Numbered from the whole stretch's first letter, positions 50,996 through 63,178 are shown. The stretch is DNA of 63,988 nt, filler included, from Dugesia japonica (GCA_001938525.1; 6 parts of 6 records of this genome joined end to end with filler, not necessarily neighbours in it), one strand, 5' to 3'. The notes: generated by a model not told the origin, from the letters alone. Numbers and translations: made by a program.

Positions 50996-51142
50996 TTAAA
51001 ATCATATAAAAAATATGAAATCAAGTGATTCCTCCGAGGAATATTAATCACTATGTTTGATATTCATATAAAAAATAACCATTAAATAATAAAAACATAA
51101 TAATACAACAAAGTAATGATTAATATTTATTCAGATAACAGT

Positions 51143-53124
51143 ATGAGTGAGCCGAAGAAAAAATGCAGGCAATATAGTGTTGAATACATGAAATACGGCT
51201 TTATTCCGTCAACAGGAAATAGTACTTTACTTGTTTGTTTTCTATGTAATAAAACAATTCAATGAAACCTTCTAAGCTTAAGGAACTTTTAATAAAAATT
51301 CATAGTGACAAAAAAGATAAGGATTTAATATTTTTTCAAATAATCAAAGAAACATTTTTGAAAATACCGACATTGCAAAAACTCGTAGGGATAACATCTA
51401 AGAGAGATGGCGTTGGACTGCGTGCTTCTTATTATATTTCTTTAATGATCGCAAAGTCCGGAAAGCCGCACACTATTGGCGAAGAACTTATTCTACCAGC
51501 TGTAAGTGAGGTAATACACACCATGTTGCACAAACCAGCTTTCGATATTATAAAAAGAATTCCACTGAGTAATAGTACTGTACGAAGAAGGATCAACGAA
51601 ATGGCTCATAGTGTAGAAAACTTTTTATGTGACTACTCAAAAATATCTGAATTCTCTATACAGCTTGACGGATCAACATTACCAGGAAACTTTTACTTTA
51701 AAAAAAAGCTTTACTTTTAGCTTATGTGAGATTTGTAAAATAAGAAAAAATTTCCCTAGAATTGTTATTTGCTAAATATTTGGAAACTAATACGAAAGGT
51801 GAAACGTTATTTACTTAATTAAAAATATTTTTCAATGTAAAAGCTATACCATTGACTAATATCATCTTCATTGCTACTGATGGTGCTCTGGCAATGGTAA
51901 GACGACACCACGGCTTTCTAGCATACTTAAAACAAGCTATACCGAATGTATTATTGGTACATTGTGTCATTCGTCGACATCATTTAGACGCAAAAAACCT
52001 TAGTGAGCGTATACATGAATCACTACATTATATCATTAGACCAGTTAATAAAATTAAAAGGAATGTCTTAAATGGGAGATTATTTGCTTAACTTTGTTTG
52101 GAAAATGATGATGACTATAATCATTTACTACTTAACTTAGAAGTACGTTGGTTATCTAAAGGTGCATGTTTGGATTGCTTCTATTCGCTCTTGGAATTCT
52201 TGGAGAGTAGAGATTATGATTTGCGGCACAATTTAATTATCTCAAAAAATGACATCGCTCATATGACTGATTTTTTTACCAGATTTAACAAGACTAATTT
52301 GAAACTACAAGGTGAAAAATTAAATTTAATCAAGACTAAAAGTGTATTATCTGCCTTTGTTTCCAAACATTTGCTATACAAACAAAACTTGGGAAGATGA
52401 GAATGTTCTCAGTTTCCAAATATTTCAAAATTGCAAAAAAGAGATGAAGATTTGTTTGCTTATTTTGAACACTTAACGGGGCTTTATTCGGGCCTTAACC
52501 AAAGATTTGAAGACATTCTTCACTTGAATATTTCCAACTGGGTGTTGAATTCTTTTGCAAGTAGTCAAATTCAGAGCGCAATTGCAGAATAGATACTAAT
52601 ACGGGAGCAACTTATTGAATTATCCACCTATGAGGAGCTGAAACAAATGTTTAAACAAGGATACGATCATTTATAGTTACAAAAACAGGTCCCAATTTTT
52701 CCAGCATTATGGTTTATTGTACAGAAGCTGTTGATTGCTTTTACGCCTTCCTATTTGGTAGAACGTGGATTCAGTGCCGTTATAAGCCTTGTCACAGAAA
52801 TGAGAAACCGACTACAAATTAGTACTCCAGGGGATTTGCGGTTACTACTCACAAACATTGAGCCGGACATAAATACACTCATAACATCCCATCAGGTTCA
52901 TTCAAGTCATTAACTTTTTTTGTATTTTAAAAGAATCAATAATTACTCCTCAACAAAATGTTTTATTTATATTTTATTTTTACGTGGCCATTTAACATTC
53001 AAGACATCAAAGTTAAATTTTTAATTTTTGTATTATCCATTTATGTAGTTTTTTACCAAGGGTCCGTGGGAAAGTTTTGACTTTGAAAGAGGGTCTGTGG
53101 GCCAAAAGAGTTTGAGAACCACTG
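51143..53124 (+). mobile_element. hAT Buster/Charlie transposon (ZBED5/ZBED8/SCAND3-like transposase pseudogene) with right TIR
   Basis: MSEPKKKCRQYSVEYMKYGF..CFLC..MKPSKL...ASYYISLMIAKSGKPHTIGEELILPA...IPLSNSTVRRRI...FSIQLDGST; ATDGA; HCVIRR; EVRWLSKG; SYLVERGFSAV...GDLRLLLTNIEPDI...HQVHSSH*; TIR TTTGAGAACCACTG followed by GTTTAGAC. Confidence 0.93.
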
Positions 53125-53399
53125 GTTTAGACCATAAATCATGATTTTATTAAAGAACCTTGTTAGCTTATTAAGATTTTAAAAAAATCGAGGAAAAAAT
53201 TAATAAAGCAAAAGATAAATTTTTCGGTAATGCAAGATTTATATGTGAATCATATTTGTTAAATCAACTTCCTTACTATAATATTCATATCATTAAACCA
53301 CACTTTTAAAAGAATTGTGTTTTAATTTTATTATGTCGTCGTAGAATTGTGATGTTGCAATTCGCAATTGATCATGCAAAGTTTTATCTGTAATTGATC

Positions 53400-53492
53400 T
53401 CCGATATTTTTTTTTTGCAAAATTTTCTTTGAGTCACGAAAATTCTAAATTGAGCCACACATGACTCATGAGCCACGGGCTGGCCATGTCTG
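53400..53492. mobile_element. hAT terminal fragment
   Basis: GAGCCACACATGACTCATGAGCCACGGGCTGGCCATGTCTG followed by ATTTAAAA. Confidence 0.45.
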
Positions 53493-54229
53493 ATTTAAAA
53501 GATTATTTACAAAACACAGTTTAAATTACATTGCTAAATCTGTGTGTTAGACTTGGAAATAGAGTTAAGCATAAAATATATTTATTCAACAAAATGACAC
53601 TGTAACAAATTTCTATATCTCACACTGTGTAAGATGAATATTTATGTATTTTAAAAATTTAATTATTATTTGTATGTTTGAAATTATTTAATAAGAATTT
53701 AATTTATTTGATATTATATAATTAGATATATAATTAAATTATGAAATGATTAGTAATAATTCAAAAATAATTAAATTAATAATAAGTTATTGCATGGCTT
53801 CCAATAAAAAAATATTTATTCGAAACTGATCATTATTGTATTTTACTATCATTTAATTTAATTATTATTTAAATTTTATTATTATAAAATTATTTTCTGT
53901 TAATTATATTTCTTGCACAATTTTTCAAAATTGTCATTCTTTTATTTGTATAAAATTAATTAGTAAAACAATTCCAATCTACTTCAATAAAAAAGATGAT
54001 TGATGAACACAAAAACACCAAATTAATTAGCTTAAATTGTTTTAATAAAATAAATAATTTTTTATGGAATAAAAATATCTACTCTAAATAATTAAAAAAA
54101 AATGACAATATAAATTGTTCTGTCAACTCAAATTTAATAAAAGATAAATATTCTAAGTTGAGAAATGGATGAAATTTACTTTGTTCATATCTAGATTCTT
54201 AATTTAAAATTTTATTTTAACGTTTTCAT

Positions 54230-54612
54230 TATTTTCTAATTTTAAATATAGTATAACGTATTCCTGAATTAAAGCATTCATTATTAAGATCTTTATAAAT
54301 TCATTTAAAATACCTTGATTAATCTGAGTTTTTCTATTGATTACAAATAATTAAATTTTAACTAAAATGGGATTAATTGTAATATAATGTATATTAAATA
54401 TTATTATAAAATTAATGTTCAGTTAACGGATTCAACATCGCTCTTAAAATTATTTTGTTGATTATTTCATGAGATTACATAATTAAAGTTGCATAATAAT
54501 TTAACTTTATAAATATTGTATTTTAATAATTTTAAATTGCCTGATGATGACAGTTATTCCATAGAAATTAAATGCCAATAAATATTTTTTTAAATGGCGT
54601 TTTATTTAATAA
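54230..54612 (+). mobile_element. Penelope-like pLTR, third copy of the 13782-14492 family, with hammerhead-like motif
   Basis: TTCAGTTAACGGATTCAACATCGCTCTTAAAATT is shared with about 14300 and, reverse-complemented, about 13940; CTGATGA-TGACAGTTATTCCATA-GAAA at 54541. Confidence 0.75.
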
Positions 54613-54630
54613 TTATTAATTTTAATTTAA

Positions 54631-54867
54631 CCCTACAGTGCATGGTGATTCATATATGCATCACCATTTTTTACACCTAGTTTTGTATTTAAAGCATTTT
54701 GGAGTCGTAAATGCATGACAGTGTAAATATGAATCATCCAGCAACATAACGGTATACCATAGACAACATATAACCTAAANNTTCTCCCAGTATTTGTCAT
54801 TTCGTCGAAAGTGTGGCGGGTGGCGGAAGTTATATATTTTTTTAAAAACAAAAAATTCACTGTAGGG
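54631..54867. mobile_element. piggyBac-type MITE
   Basis: TTAA|CCCTACAGTG...CACTGTAGGG|TTAA. Confidence 0.88.
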
Positions 54868-56409
54868 TTAATTAAATAATGTTTAACTATTAAATTAATT
54901 TTAAATTAAATGACTTATGAAATTTAGCTACAACTTTATTAATGCCACCATGTTCTAATTTTTGTTTTTTCTCCATCAGCAATAGTTATTCCAAGACAAC
55001 GCGGCATTGTTCATTAGTTAATTGCTTCGATTTAAAATTTCTTTTTTGTAAATTCTTTATTAATTTTATTAAAATCGTCCATTTTCAAAAAAAGAACGGT
55101 TTATATTTAATTTTTTTTTAAAAAAAAGTTTTGAACTTCAAAATCTGGCTTAATTAATAAGTACTGGCTGTAAAATATATACTGTCATTTAAATGCCAAT
55201 GTCAATTATTCTAATCTAATGATTATTGTTTATTTCTTCTGTAATTCTAGTTAATCCCTGATTTCCTTTCAAATGTATACCATATGTTCAGTCAAAAGGA
55301 GTATATTATTTACTATACATGCATTCATCCATAAGATTGGATAAAGTTTTCTATAATCAGTAAGATTTAGTTGAAGCTGCTATCTAAAGTATTTACAAAT
55401 TTTTTGTGTTCTAAATAAGTTTGAGTCATTTCGTTTTACTAAAAATCGAATTTCATTATATNNNNNNNNNNNNNNNNNNNNNNNNNNNNNNNNNNNNNNN
55501 NNNNNTTAATTAATTAANNNNNNNNNNNNNNNNNNNNNNNNNNNNNNNNNNNNNNNNNNNNATATATATGATATCTTTTGTATTTAACTTTATGTGATGG
55601 TTTTGTTTAAATTTTAATTTATTATTAACTAATTACAAATAATATTAAAAAGTTGTTATTTCAATTATTAATTCATTTAATAATAAATAAAATAAAATGG
55701 GAATTCATAATTATACATTTCAATAAATTATTAGAAATTAATCTTTATCAAGTATATATTTTCTAAACTAATAATTTTTTGTCGTTGGAAAGCAGGTGTA
55801 GATATTCCAAATTCTAAAAACATTAAAATCATTCTATAGAAAATAATGTGGACTAACTATTTATTTACTCATTTTACATACTTATTTAAATTCTAGAAAT
55901 CTTCAGATAAATTAGTTCACTGGGTATCGATTCTTCAGGATTCAGGAAGAACAGTCCGAAACTGAATAAGTTGACAGTATGAGCTTTAGGTTAGTTTTAA
56001 ATATGATTGTGAAGAGTATGCACTTCGTGATTAATCAAATATTTAAATTCTAATTAACAGTAATTATAAATAAATAAATTAAATTAAAATATAATAGTAT
56101 AAAATAATAATAATTTACATAAATATACTTGTGGGAAAATTTACTAACTTAATTGTTATTGCAAAAATTGATACCGAAATTTTTTACAAGAAAATTATTA
56201 AAAAATATTACTTAAAATACAAAATCCACAAAATAATTTAAAACTGAAAAACTAATTTAACTAAAACTAATTGAACACAATAAAAATAACTCCAAAAATT
56301 TACACCTTTTAAAAATTCAACACTACACAAAACTTAACCACATCTATATTTAAAATTTAATTTATTATAAAGTAAATGATTACAGATATGTGATTTTAAA
56401 TTTTTTTAA

Positions 56410-57000
56410 TCTCTCCATCATTTTTTTCCATCTTTATGGTAAAATTTGGATTCCATGGAGAAATAATACAACATATTTTGTAGCTATCGACAATTCTCTC
56501 CATTTTCTAGTATTCTCATTGTTCAGGCATCATCGATCGGAATTGGTAAAATCTGAACGAGCAATATTTGATTAATACGATGGAATTGGTATAACTTCCT
56601 AGTTAAATACCTATAATTTGTCCTTGACAATTTTTGCAGTATGTTGACGAGCGTTGTCGTGCTGTAAAATTATTTTGTCCCGTGTCTTTTCTTTTATTCT
56701 GACCGGTTTTTTTAAATCTTTATTTAATTGTATTAATTGATGTTTGTACAATTTGTCAATGATTTTTTTCGTTGGGTTTGAGCAGTTCGTAATATACTAC
56801 TCTCATATGATTCCAATAAATGCAGAGCATCAGTTTAATACCATGAATATTTGGCTTTTCAATCGACTGACATACACCACTATTTCATGCTCTTTGGATT
56901 ATCAAAGTGTATTCATTTCTCATCACTTGTGATGGTATGGTGTAAGAAGGTTTTTCTTTTGTATCATTGAAGAGCAATTTGCAAGTCGTTTTACGTCTTT
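56410..57000 (-). mobile_element. mariner (Mos1-like, DD34D) transposase remnant
   Basis: FLHHTITSDEK*IHFDNPK...KPNIHGIKLMLCIYWN...VYYELLKP...YKHQLIQLN...IILQHDNARQHTAK...EVIPIPSY*SNIARSDF. Confidence 0.88.
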
Positions 57001-57849
57001 ATAATCGATTGAAATTGTAACAGATATTAAAACAAAAAGTGTAAACTAAACTTGATAAAATTGAAAAAGAATTCTTTGAAGTTTTTAATCCTAAAATTAA
57101 TAATAATGTTGAAGATTCAGATTCTGATTCAGAATTAGATTTTGAAGCTTTAATAAATAAAAAACTTGAAGCTGGTTTTGAAAAAATGGAAAGTGAACAT
57201 ATTAAATTTAATCTTTCTTTTTCTGAAGAAGGTGAAATGATTGTAAACGAAAATATCGAATTAATTGATAAACCAATCCCTAAAAATCCTATTATTGAAG
57301 AACCTAAATCAGAAGTTGAAGTTGACAATGAATGTGATTCAGAAGTTGAAAATGAATTAAAAGTTGAAGCTGAAATTCCAACAACTTGTAAAAAATTAGT
57401 AAAGTGTTCCAAGAAAACAAAAAATAAAGTTCTAGTATTAAAACAAAATAAAGTTCCAATATTAAAACCAAAAGGAACAAGTACAAATGCAAATCAGAAT
57501 AAAATAACTCCTTTAACACAATTAGAAAAAGATGTCATCAAAAGAGAAAAACTCGATAAAAAAGAATTTGTTACTTTAGAAAGTGATGATGAAATTGTTC
57601 AAAGGATTTCAAATAGATTAAATTTTAAGCAAGAGTTTTTAAGATCTTTCAATTAAAAACCATTTCATTCAGTTATTTTAAAAGAAGAAGCAAACAAAAA
57701 GATTCTAAGTGTTTGTGAATTTTCTTTAAATACTTATAAATCTTTCGATGGAAAATAAATTACTGAAGAAATTTATTATTAGAATGAAGTAATAACTGTA
57801 AGTAAACAAATAAGTTTAATTGGATATTCTAAATTAGGAACGTTATTAA

Positions 57850-58005
57850 AGTAGGTGTATAGTGGCGCATGGGAACTATGGGGGGCTCGGAAACACATTA
57901 CGCTTGAGCTGCGTTTTTTTGTCCTTTTTTTTCTAAGATTTTTGGAATCATAATTTTTTTTTGATCTGAGGCACCGTGAAAGGCTTAGGGCTACCCTATA
58001 CACTT
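57850..58005. repeat. Miniature derivative of the AGTAGG terminal-repeat family
   Basis: AGTAGGTGTATAGTGGCGCA...GAAACACATTACG...AAGATTTTTGG.ATCA matches 63179 onward; the right end CTATACACTT is an imperfect inverted copy of the left end. Confidence 0.65.
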
Positions 58006-58199
58006 AAATTAACCCTCTTTTAACAGTGTAGTGTGTCAAAATAAAATAAATTTTAATAGCCGTAGCCTAAAAACATGTGCCCCCACTTTACCATTATTCT
58101 AGCTATGGATTGAAATTTAAACTAAAAATTTAAAAAATAAAATTAAAACAAGTAAGAATTAAATTAAAAAACTATTTAATTAAATTATTTATATTTAAA

Positions 58200-59960
58200 A
58201 TGTCTTCAACAATTATTTGTGATAAATGCAATAAAGTTTTTAAAAAACCAAATGGATTAACTTCTCATCAAAAATTCTGTGGAATAGAAAAAGAAAAAGA
58301 AATAAAAAATTTTATATGTGTTAAAGGTAATAAAGTTTTTAAAACAAATTCTGGATTAACTATTCATCAAAAATATTGTGGATAGGTAAAAGAGAAAGTA
58401 GAAGTAAAAGAATTAAAAGGTTTAAAATGTAATAAGACCTTTAAAGTTAAATCTGGATTAATAACACACGTATAAATTCATTATTTAAATGTGAAATTTG
58501 TGAAAAGGGTTTGCAAGAAGAAAGAAGTTATAAAAATAATTTAAAAGGAAAAGAACATTTATTTAATGTAAGAAGAAAAGTAAATAGAGAATTATTAAAT
58601 AATGATTTTGAATTTGATGATTTCTTAAAAGAAAATCATATTATCAAAAGCAATATATTAAGAAGTAAAGAATTTATTTCTTTAAAACAAAAATTTCCAA
58701 TTAGAAAAGAAAAAACTGAACAAGTAATTTCAATTCCATCTTTTGAAATATTTGAAAACTCAGCAAAACATTATTTATCTTTACTCAATAATTTAAAAAT
58801 AAGAATGGGAATTAAATGTACGTATTATAAAACAAGAGATGAACCAGTAATTATTAATTTTTCAAGTAAAGCTGAAATTATTTTAAATGAAGAAGATTTA
58901 ACAAATAAAATTGAATTAATTCATAATGAATTGAGTTAAAGAATGATAGAATATGAAGGAAACAAATCTGGTTTAATAATTCAAAATGTAGATTCAATAG
59001 AAATGTTTATTGGTGAATATTCTTCTCCTTTAGTTGGAAGTTTTAAAAAGTTACCATTTAAATCGAAAGTATTATTTAATTAAGATTTTAATGATAATAA
59101 ATGTTTTTATCATTCAATAATTCACTCATTAAAATATACTAACCAGAGTTATAAAGAAGTTGAAGATTTAATGAATTCAATTGAAGATTTACCAGTTTCA
59201 ATAAATTATGTAAAACAATTTAATAAAGATAATGAAAAATATCAAGTTAATATTTTAATATTAGTAAAATAAATGAAATTATGCAAGAAACTAAATTACC
59301 AGAATATGATAAATTTTATAGTAAACTAAAACAAAAGAATATTTCCCAAGAAGACTAAAATCAAGCTTTAATAAATTGGAATGAATTAAATTGTAAAAAC
59401 ATGAAAGATTATACAATGACTTATATGAAAATTGATGTTTTATTATTAGTTGATATCATTGAAAATTTCAGAAATATAACAATCAGTAAATTTAATATTG
59501 ATTCTTGTTATTGTTACTCAGTTCCTGGTTTAACTTGGATTTTTGGGTTAAAATATTCTCAAGTACAACTAAAATATTATAAAGAAGAAACTCATGAAAT
59601 GTTATTATTTTATGAACAAGGAATTAGAGGTGGAGTTTCTTCAATTTTAGGTGATCGATTTATAAAACCAAATAATCGAACCAAATAATAGCACCCAAAA
59701 GTTATTATTATAAAACTAAAGCCCAGAATTGTATTAAACTAAAAGGTGTTACTAAAACTGTACAAGATTCAATTACACCAGAAGATTTTAAAGATACATT
59801 AGAAAATAATAAAATCCAAATAAAAGAAAACTATAAAATAAATTCAGAATTATATCATGTAAAAATAATAAAACAAACTAAAGAAGCATTAAACTCATTT
59901 CAAGATATAAGAATAATGATTGATCCTATTAAAACATTTACATTTGGATATTTTACCTAA
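58200..59960 (+). pseudogene. Polinton protein-primed DNA polymerase B with N-terminal zinc fingers, internally deleted
   Basis: Three C2HC/C2H2-like fingers plus a matrin-like finger; EYEGNKSGLII...YSSPLVGSFKKLP...NDNKCF; LPEYDKFYSKL..NISQED...YMKIDVLLLVDIIENFR...CYSVPGLTW...EQGIRGGVS; deletion; APKSY...KLKGV...KEALNSFQDIR...TFTFGY*. Confidence 0.9.
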
Positions 59961-60004
59961 AATTCTAAAGTGGTGCCTGTGGGCATATTTTTCAACTTGT
60001 TAAA

Positions 60005-60350
60005 ATGGCTAGAGAAAACATAAGTGTGATTATTGAAGAAGTAAAAAATGATTTAGAGTTTATGAAAGATTTAGAACAAGAGTATAATAAAATTATAAAT
60101 TACTCGTTAAAAGAACAAAGTATATTTTTAAAAGATATTTATCCAAGGTTTAGAATATTTAAACAAGTAATTGGTTTAGCTGGTAAAAAATAAGTAATCT
60201 CAACAAAGAACTAGAAAATGTAAAACTTGAGCTGACGCAAACAAAGTGTCAAAATATAAATCTTAAAGAAAGAAAAGAATATAACAAAATCAAAAGTAAA
60301 CAAATAAAAAATCTTATTAGAAAAGCAGAATATACAGTTAAACGATTTTC
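60005..60350 (+). pseudogene. Polinton-associated coiled-coil ORF, frameshifted
   Basis: 62-aa ORF with GTTAAAATG start that continues in another frame. Confidence 0.35.
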
Positions 60351-60370
60351 ATAAATAAGTTCTTGTTAAA

Positions 60371-60610
60371 ATGTCTAGTGAAATGTCTTTTGGGTTGAAT
60401 ACTAAAGATGAGAATATTATAGCGAAATATATTAATGCATTTAATAAAGTATTTGAACATCAGAAAAATATAATAGTTTTTCTAGTTTTAATTATTTGTA
60501 TAGTTGTTTGTTTAGTTCCAATTGCAATTCCTTATATAATTGTTTATATAATTCAAAATTTAATTCCAATTTTAAAAGCTCATTTTTTTACTAAAGAAAA
60601 TGGAAAGTAA
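60371..60610 (+). CDS. Small hydrophobic (membrane) protein, Polinton-associated, 79 aa
   Basis: IIVFLVLIICIVVCLVPIAIPYIIVYII hydrophobic stretch; GTTAAAATG start; overlaps the next ORF by 11 nt. Confidence 0.45.
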   Translation: MSSEMSFGLNTKDENIIAKYINAFNKVFEHQKNIIVFLVLIICIVVCLVPIAIPYIIVYIIQNLIPILKAHFFTKENGK

Positions 60611-61088
60611 AAAAGATTTATGTGTTAGTGCTGTTGATTTTGTTAATTGTTCTAAATCATTTGACCCAAAACATTTTGTTAAATCTCAGAAAATTTGTTT
60701 AGCAACTAAATACCAAGAATTACATTTAGAAAATCCAAATTTAAAAGATTCAACTATAGCTAAAGAAATGGGTATTACTATTCAAGCCTTAAATAAAACT
60801 TTGAGGGAATTAAATTTAAAACCAGAAACTAAAAGATATCCAAGAGTAAAATATAGTTTTGATGAAAAAACTAAACAATTTACAAAAAATAATTATGGAG
60901 AAAAAAGAAAAGAAACTTTAACACTAAGAAGAAATGAATTGGCTTTATCTAAAATAAAAAATAATAAATTAAATCAACCAAGCCAGGAAAATCAAATAAT
61001 TAAATCAACATTTAAAAAATCAAGAAAAACAGAAGCTGGTGGATCAATTTTAGAAAATACAATAAATAATTTAAATGAAGATTATTAA
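60600..61088 (+). CDS. Helix-turn-helix-like basic protein, Polinton-associated, 162 aa
   Basis: NPNLKDSTIAKEMGITIQALNKTLRELNL fits an HTH pattern; basic C-terminus ending KxxAGG; intact ORF. Confidence 0.55.
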   Translation: MESKKDLCVSAVDFVNCSKSFDPKHFVKSQKICLATKYQELHLENPNLKDSTIAKEMGITIQALNKTLRELNLKPETKRYPRVKYSFDEKTKQFTKNNYGEKRKETLTLRRNELALSKIKNNKLNQPSQENQIIKSTFKKSRKTEAGGSILENTINNLNEDY

Positions 61089-61546
61089 TAACAAAAATAA
61101 GTAAAAAGATATAACTATATTCGCAAATAAACAAAAAAAATTAATGTCTATTTTCAGTAAAAACTTTGTTTCTTTTTCAACTTTTTTTTGCGCTTAAATT
61201 TCTTTTAATTTTTAATATTAAAGTTTTGACTGCAGTCACAGGTTTATAAAATTTCTTAGTTGTTTTAATTTTAAAAAACGAACTGCAGTTCGCAATTTAA
61301 ACTTCTTACTTGTTTTAAAGTTGTGACTGCAATCACTGGTTTTAATTTAAAAAAATTAACTTGTTATTAAAAAAGGGTGGTCACAAGTGACCACCCTTTT
61401 GTTGGGATCTGGTCTACCATAAATGTGAATTTTGATCATTAACTCAAACATTTATCAAATTGATCATTGATTTTAACTTTTATGAATATTTTTTCAGTGC
61501 TTTACTTTATTTGTTTTATTGCATGATCGTAGTTATGTTGTTAATA

Positions 61547-61578
<32 letters not shown>

Positions 61579-61628
61579 NNNNNNNNNNNNNNNNNNNNNN
61601 NNNNNNNNNNNNNNNNNNNNNNNNNNNN

Positions 61629-61665
<37 letters not shown>

Positions 61666-61849
61666 TTTATTATATTCATTTGACATTATATGAACTTTAA
61701 AATTTCTTGCTGAATTCATGATTTATTTATTTTATGCTGAACTTTAAAAATTCGTGTTGAATTCATTTATTTTATGCTGAACTTTAAAAATTTTTTGATC
61801 ATGCACATGTAAATATTTTTAATTTTTTTGTAAAATTGTATGGAATTAT

Positions 61850-62790
61850 AATTAAATCACTAGGTCAATGCATGAGNNNNNNNNNNNNNNNNNNNNNNNN
61901 NNNTGGCGTATGTCAGTTTAATTTTCAGAAAATTCTTAATCTAGTGAACCTGTCTCTTTGACTGGCTTCACTATTTTAATTAAAATTAAGCGNNNNNNNN
62001 NNNNNNNNNNNNNNNNNNNNNNNNNNNNNNNNNNNNNNNNNNTTAAATCACTAGGTCAATGCATGAGGCCTAGTGATAAAATGAGTATAAATACTGGCGT
62101 ATGTCAGTTTAATTTTGAGAGAAAATTCTTAATATAGTGAACCTGTCTCTTTGACTGGCTTCACTATTTTAATTAAAATTAAGCGTTACCTTTGAATAAT
62201 AAAATATTTATAAAGTACGTTTTGATTTTTGAATTACATAGGAGAGTTCACATATATTAGTTATCCATATTTGTGTAAAAATTTGTGTAAAATTTTCATA
62301 TATAATAACTGTATTGACACACACAAAGAAAACGAATCAAATCTTATAAAATCATTATAACACATTATAATCGAACCATAAATAACTTGTTGAGTAGAAA
62401 TACCCAACACGTACATTATAAAGCAAAATTAGTANNNNNNNNNNNNNNNNNNNNNNNNNNNNNNNNNNNNNNNNNNNNNNNNNNTGGCGTATGTCAGTTT
62501 AATTTTCAGAAAATTCTTAATCTAGTGAACCTGTCTCTTTGACTGGCTTCACTATTTTAATTAAAATTAAGCGNNNNNNNNNNNNAATAAAATATTTATA
62601 AAGTACGTTTTGATTTTTGAATTACATAGGAGAGTTCACATATATTAGTTATCTATATTTGCGTAAAATCTTCATATATAATAACTGTATTGACACACAC
62701 AAAGAAAACGAATCAAATCATATAAAATCATTATAACACATTATAATCGAACCATAAATAACTTGTTGAGTAGAAATACCCAACACTTTT
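61850..62790 (+). mobile_element. Non-autonomous Helentron/HINE-like element, present as gap-separated tandem copies (partly an assembly artefact)
   Basis: 5' inverted repeat TCACTAGG...CCTAGTGA and 3' stem-loop GTTGAGTA-GAAA-TACCCAAC; a diverged 3' end also occurs at about 17425-17470. Confidence 0.4.
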
Positions 62791-63178
62791 AATAATTTCC
62801 TATTAGAAAACTAGAAAATATGTTTTAAAAATTAAAGAAGTTTCAAATAAAAAAAGATTACTAATTTGTTTATCTTTTGGTAACTACTTTTATTTTAATT
62901 TAAAAAAAACGATTCACACGTGAACTACTTTATTTTTTTATCCCATTTTTTATTTTATTAATTTTCTATTTCATTTTTAATTTCTTCAATCTGTTTAAAA
63001 TTATTATAAATTTTATGAAAGGAAAATTTACTCGTTAATAATTTGGGAAACATATCAACTAAATTACTAAATTTAATTAATTTTCGTATATACCTTTCTA
63101 AATAACGAATTTCTCTTCCAGATAAATAATTTATAAAATCAGATTTCTTATTAAATTGTTCTTTTAAAATAGATAATA

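Larger units (their letters stand above)
57010..61400 (+). mobile_element. Polinton/Maverick replication-side remnant
   Basis: Acidic/basic ORF (57010-57840), zinc-finger-pPolB pseudogene, and tightly packed AAAATG-initiated small ORFs. Confidence 0.8.

Noticed and set aside
54955-55030. Tc1 C-terminal remnant on the minus strand (MPRCLGITIADGEKTK)
   Set aside because: Plausible, but too short to annotate confidently.
56999-57519. Minus-strand Ser/Phe/Leu-rich ORFs
   Set aside because: Antisense shadows of the plus-strand Glu/Lys-rich Polinton ORF.
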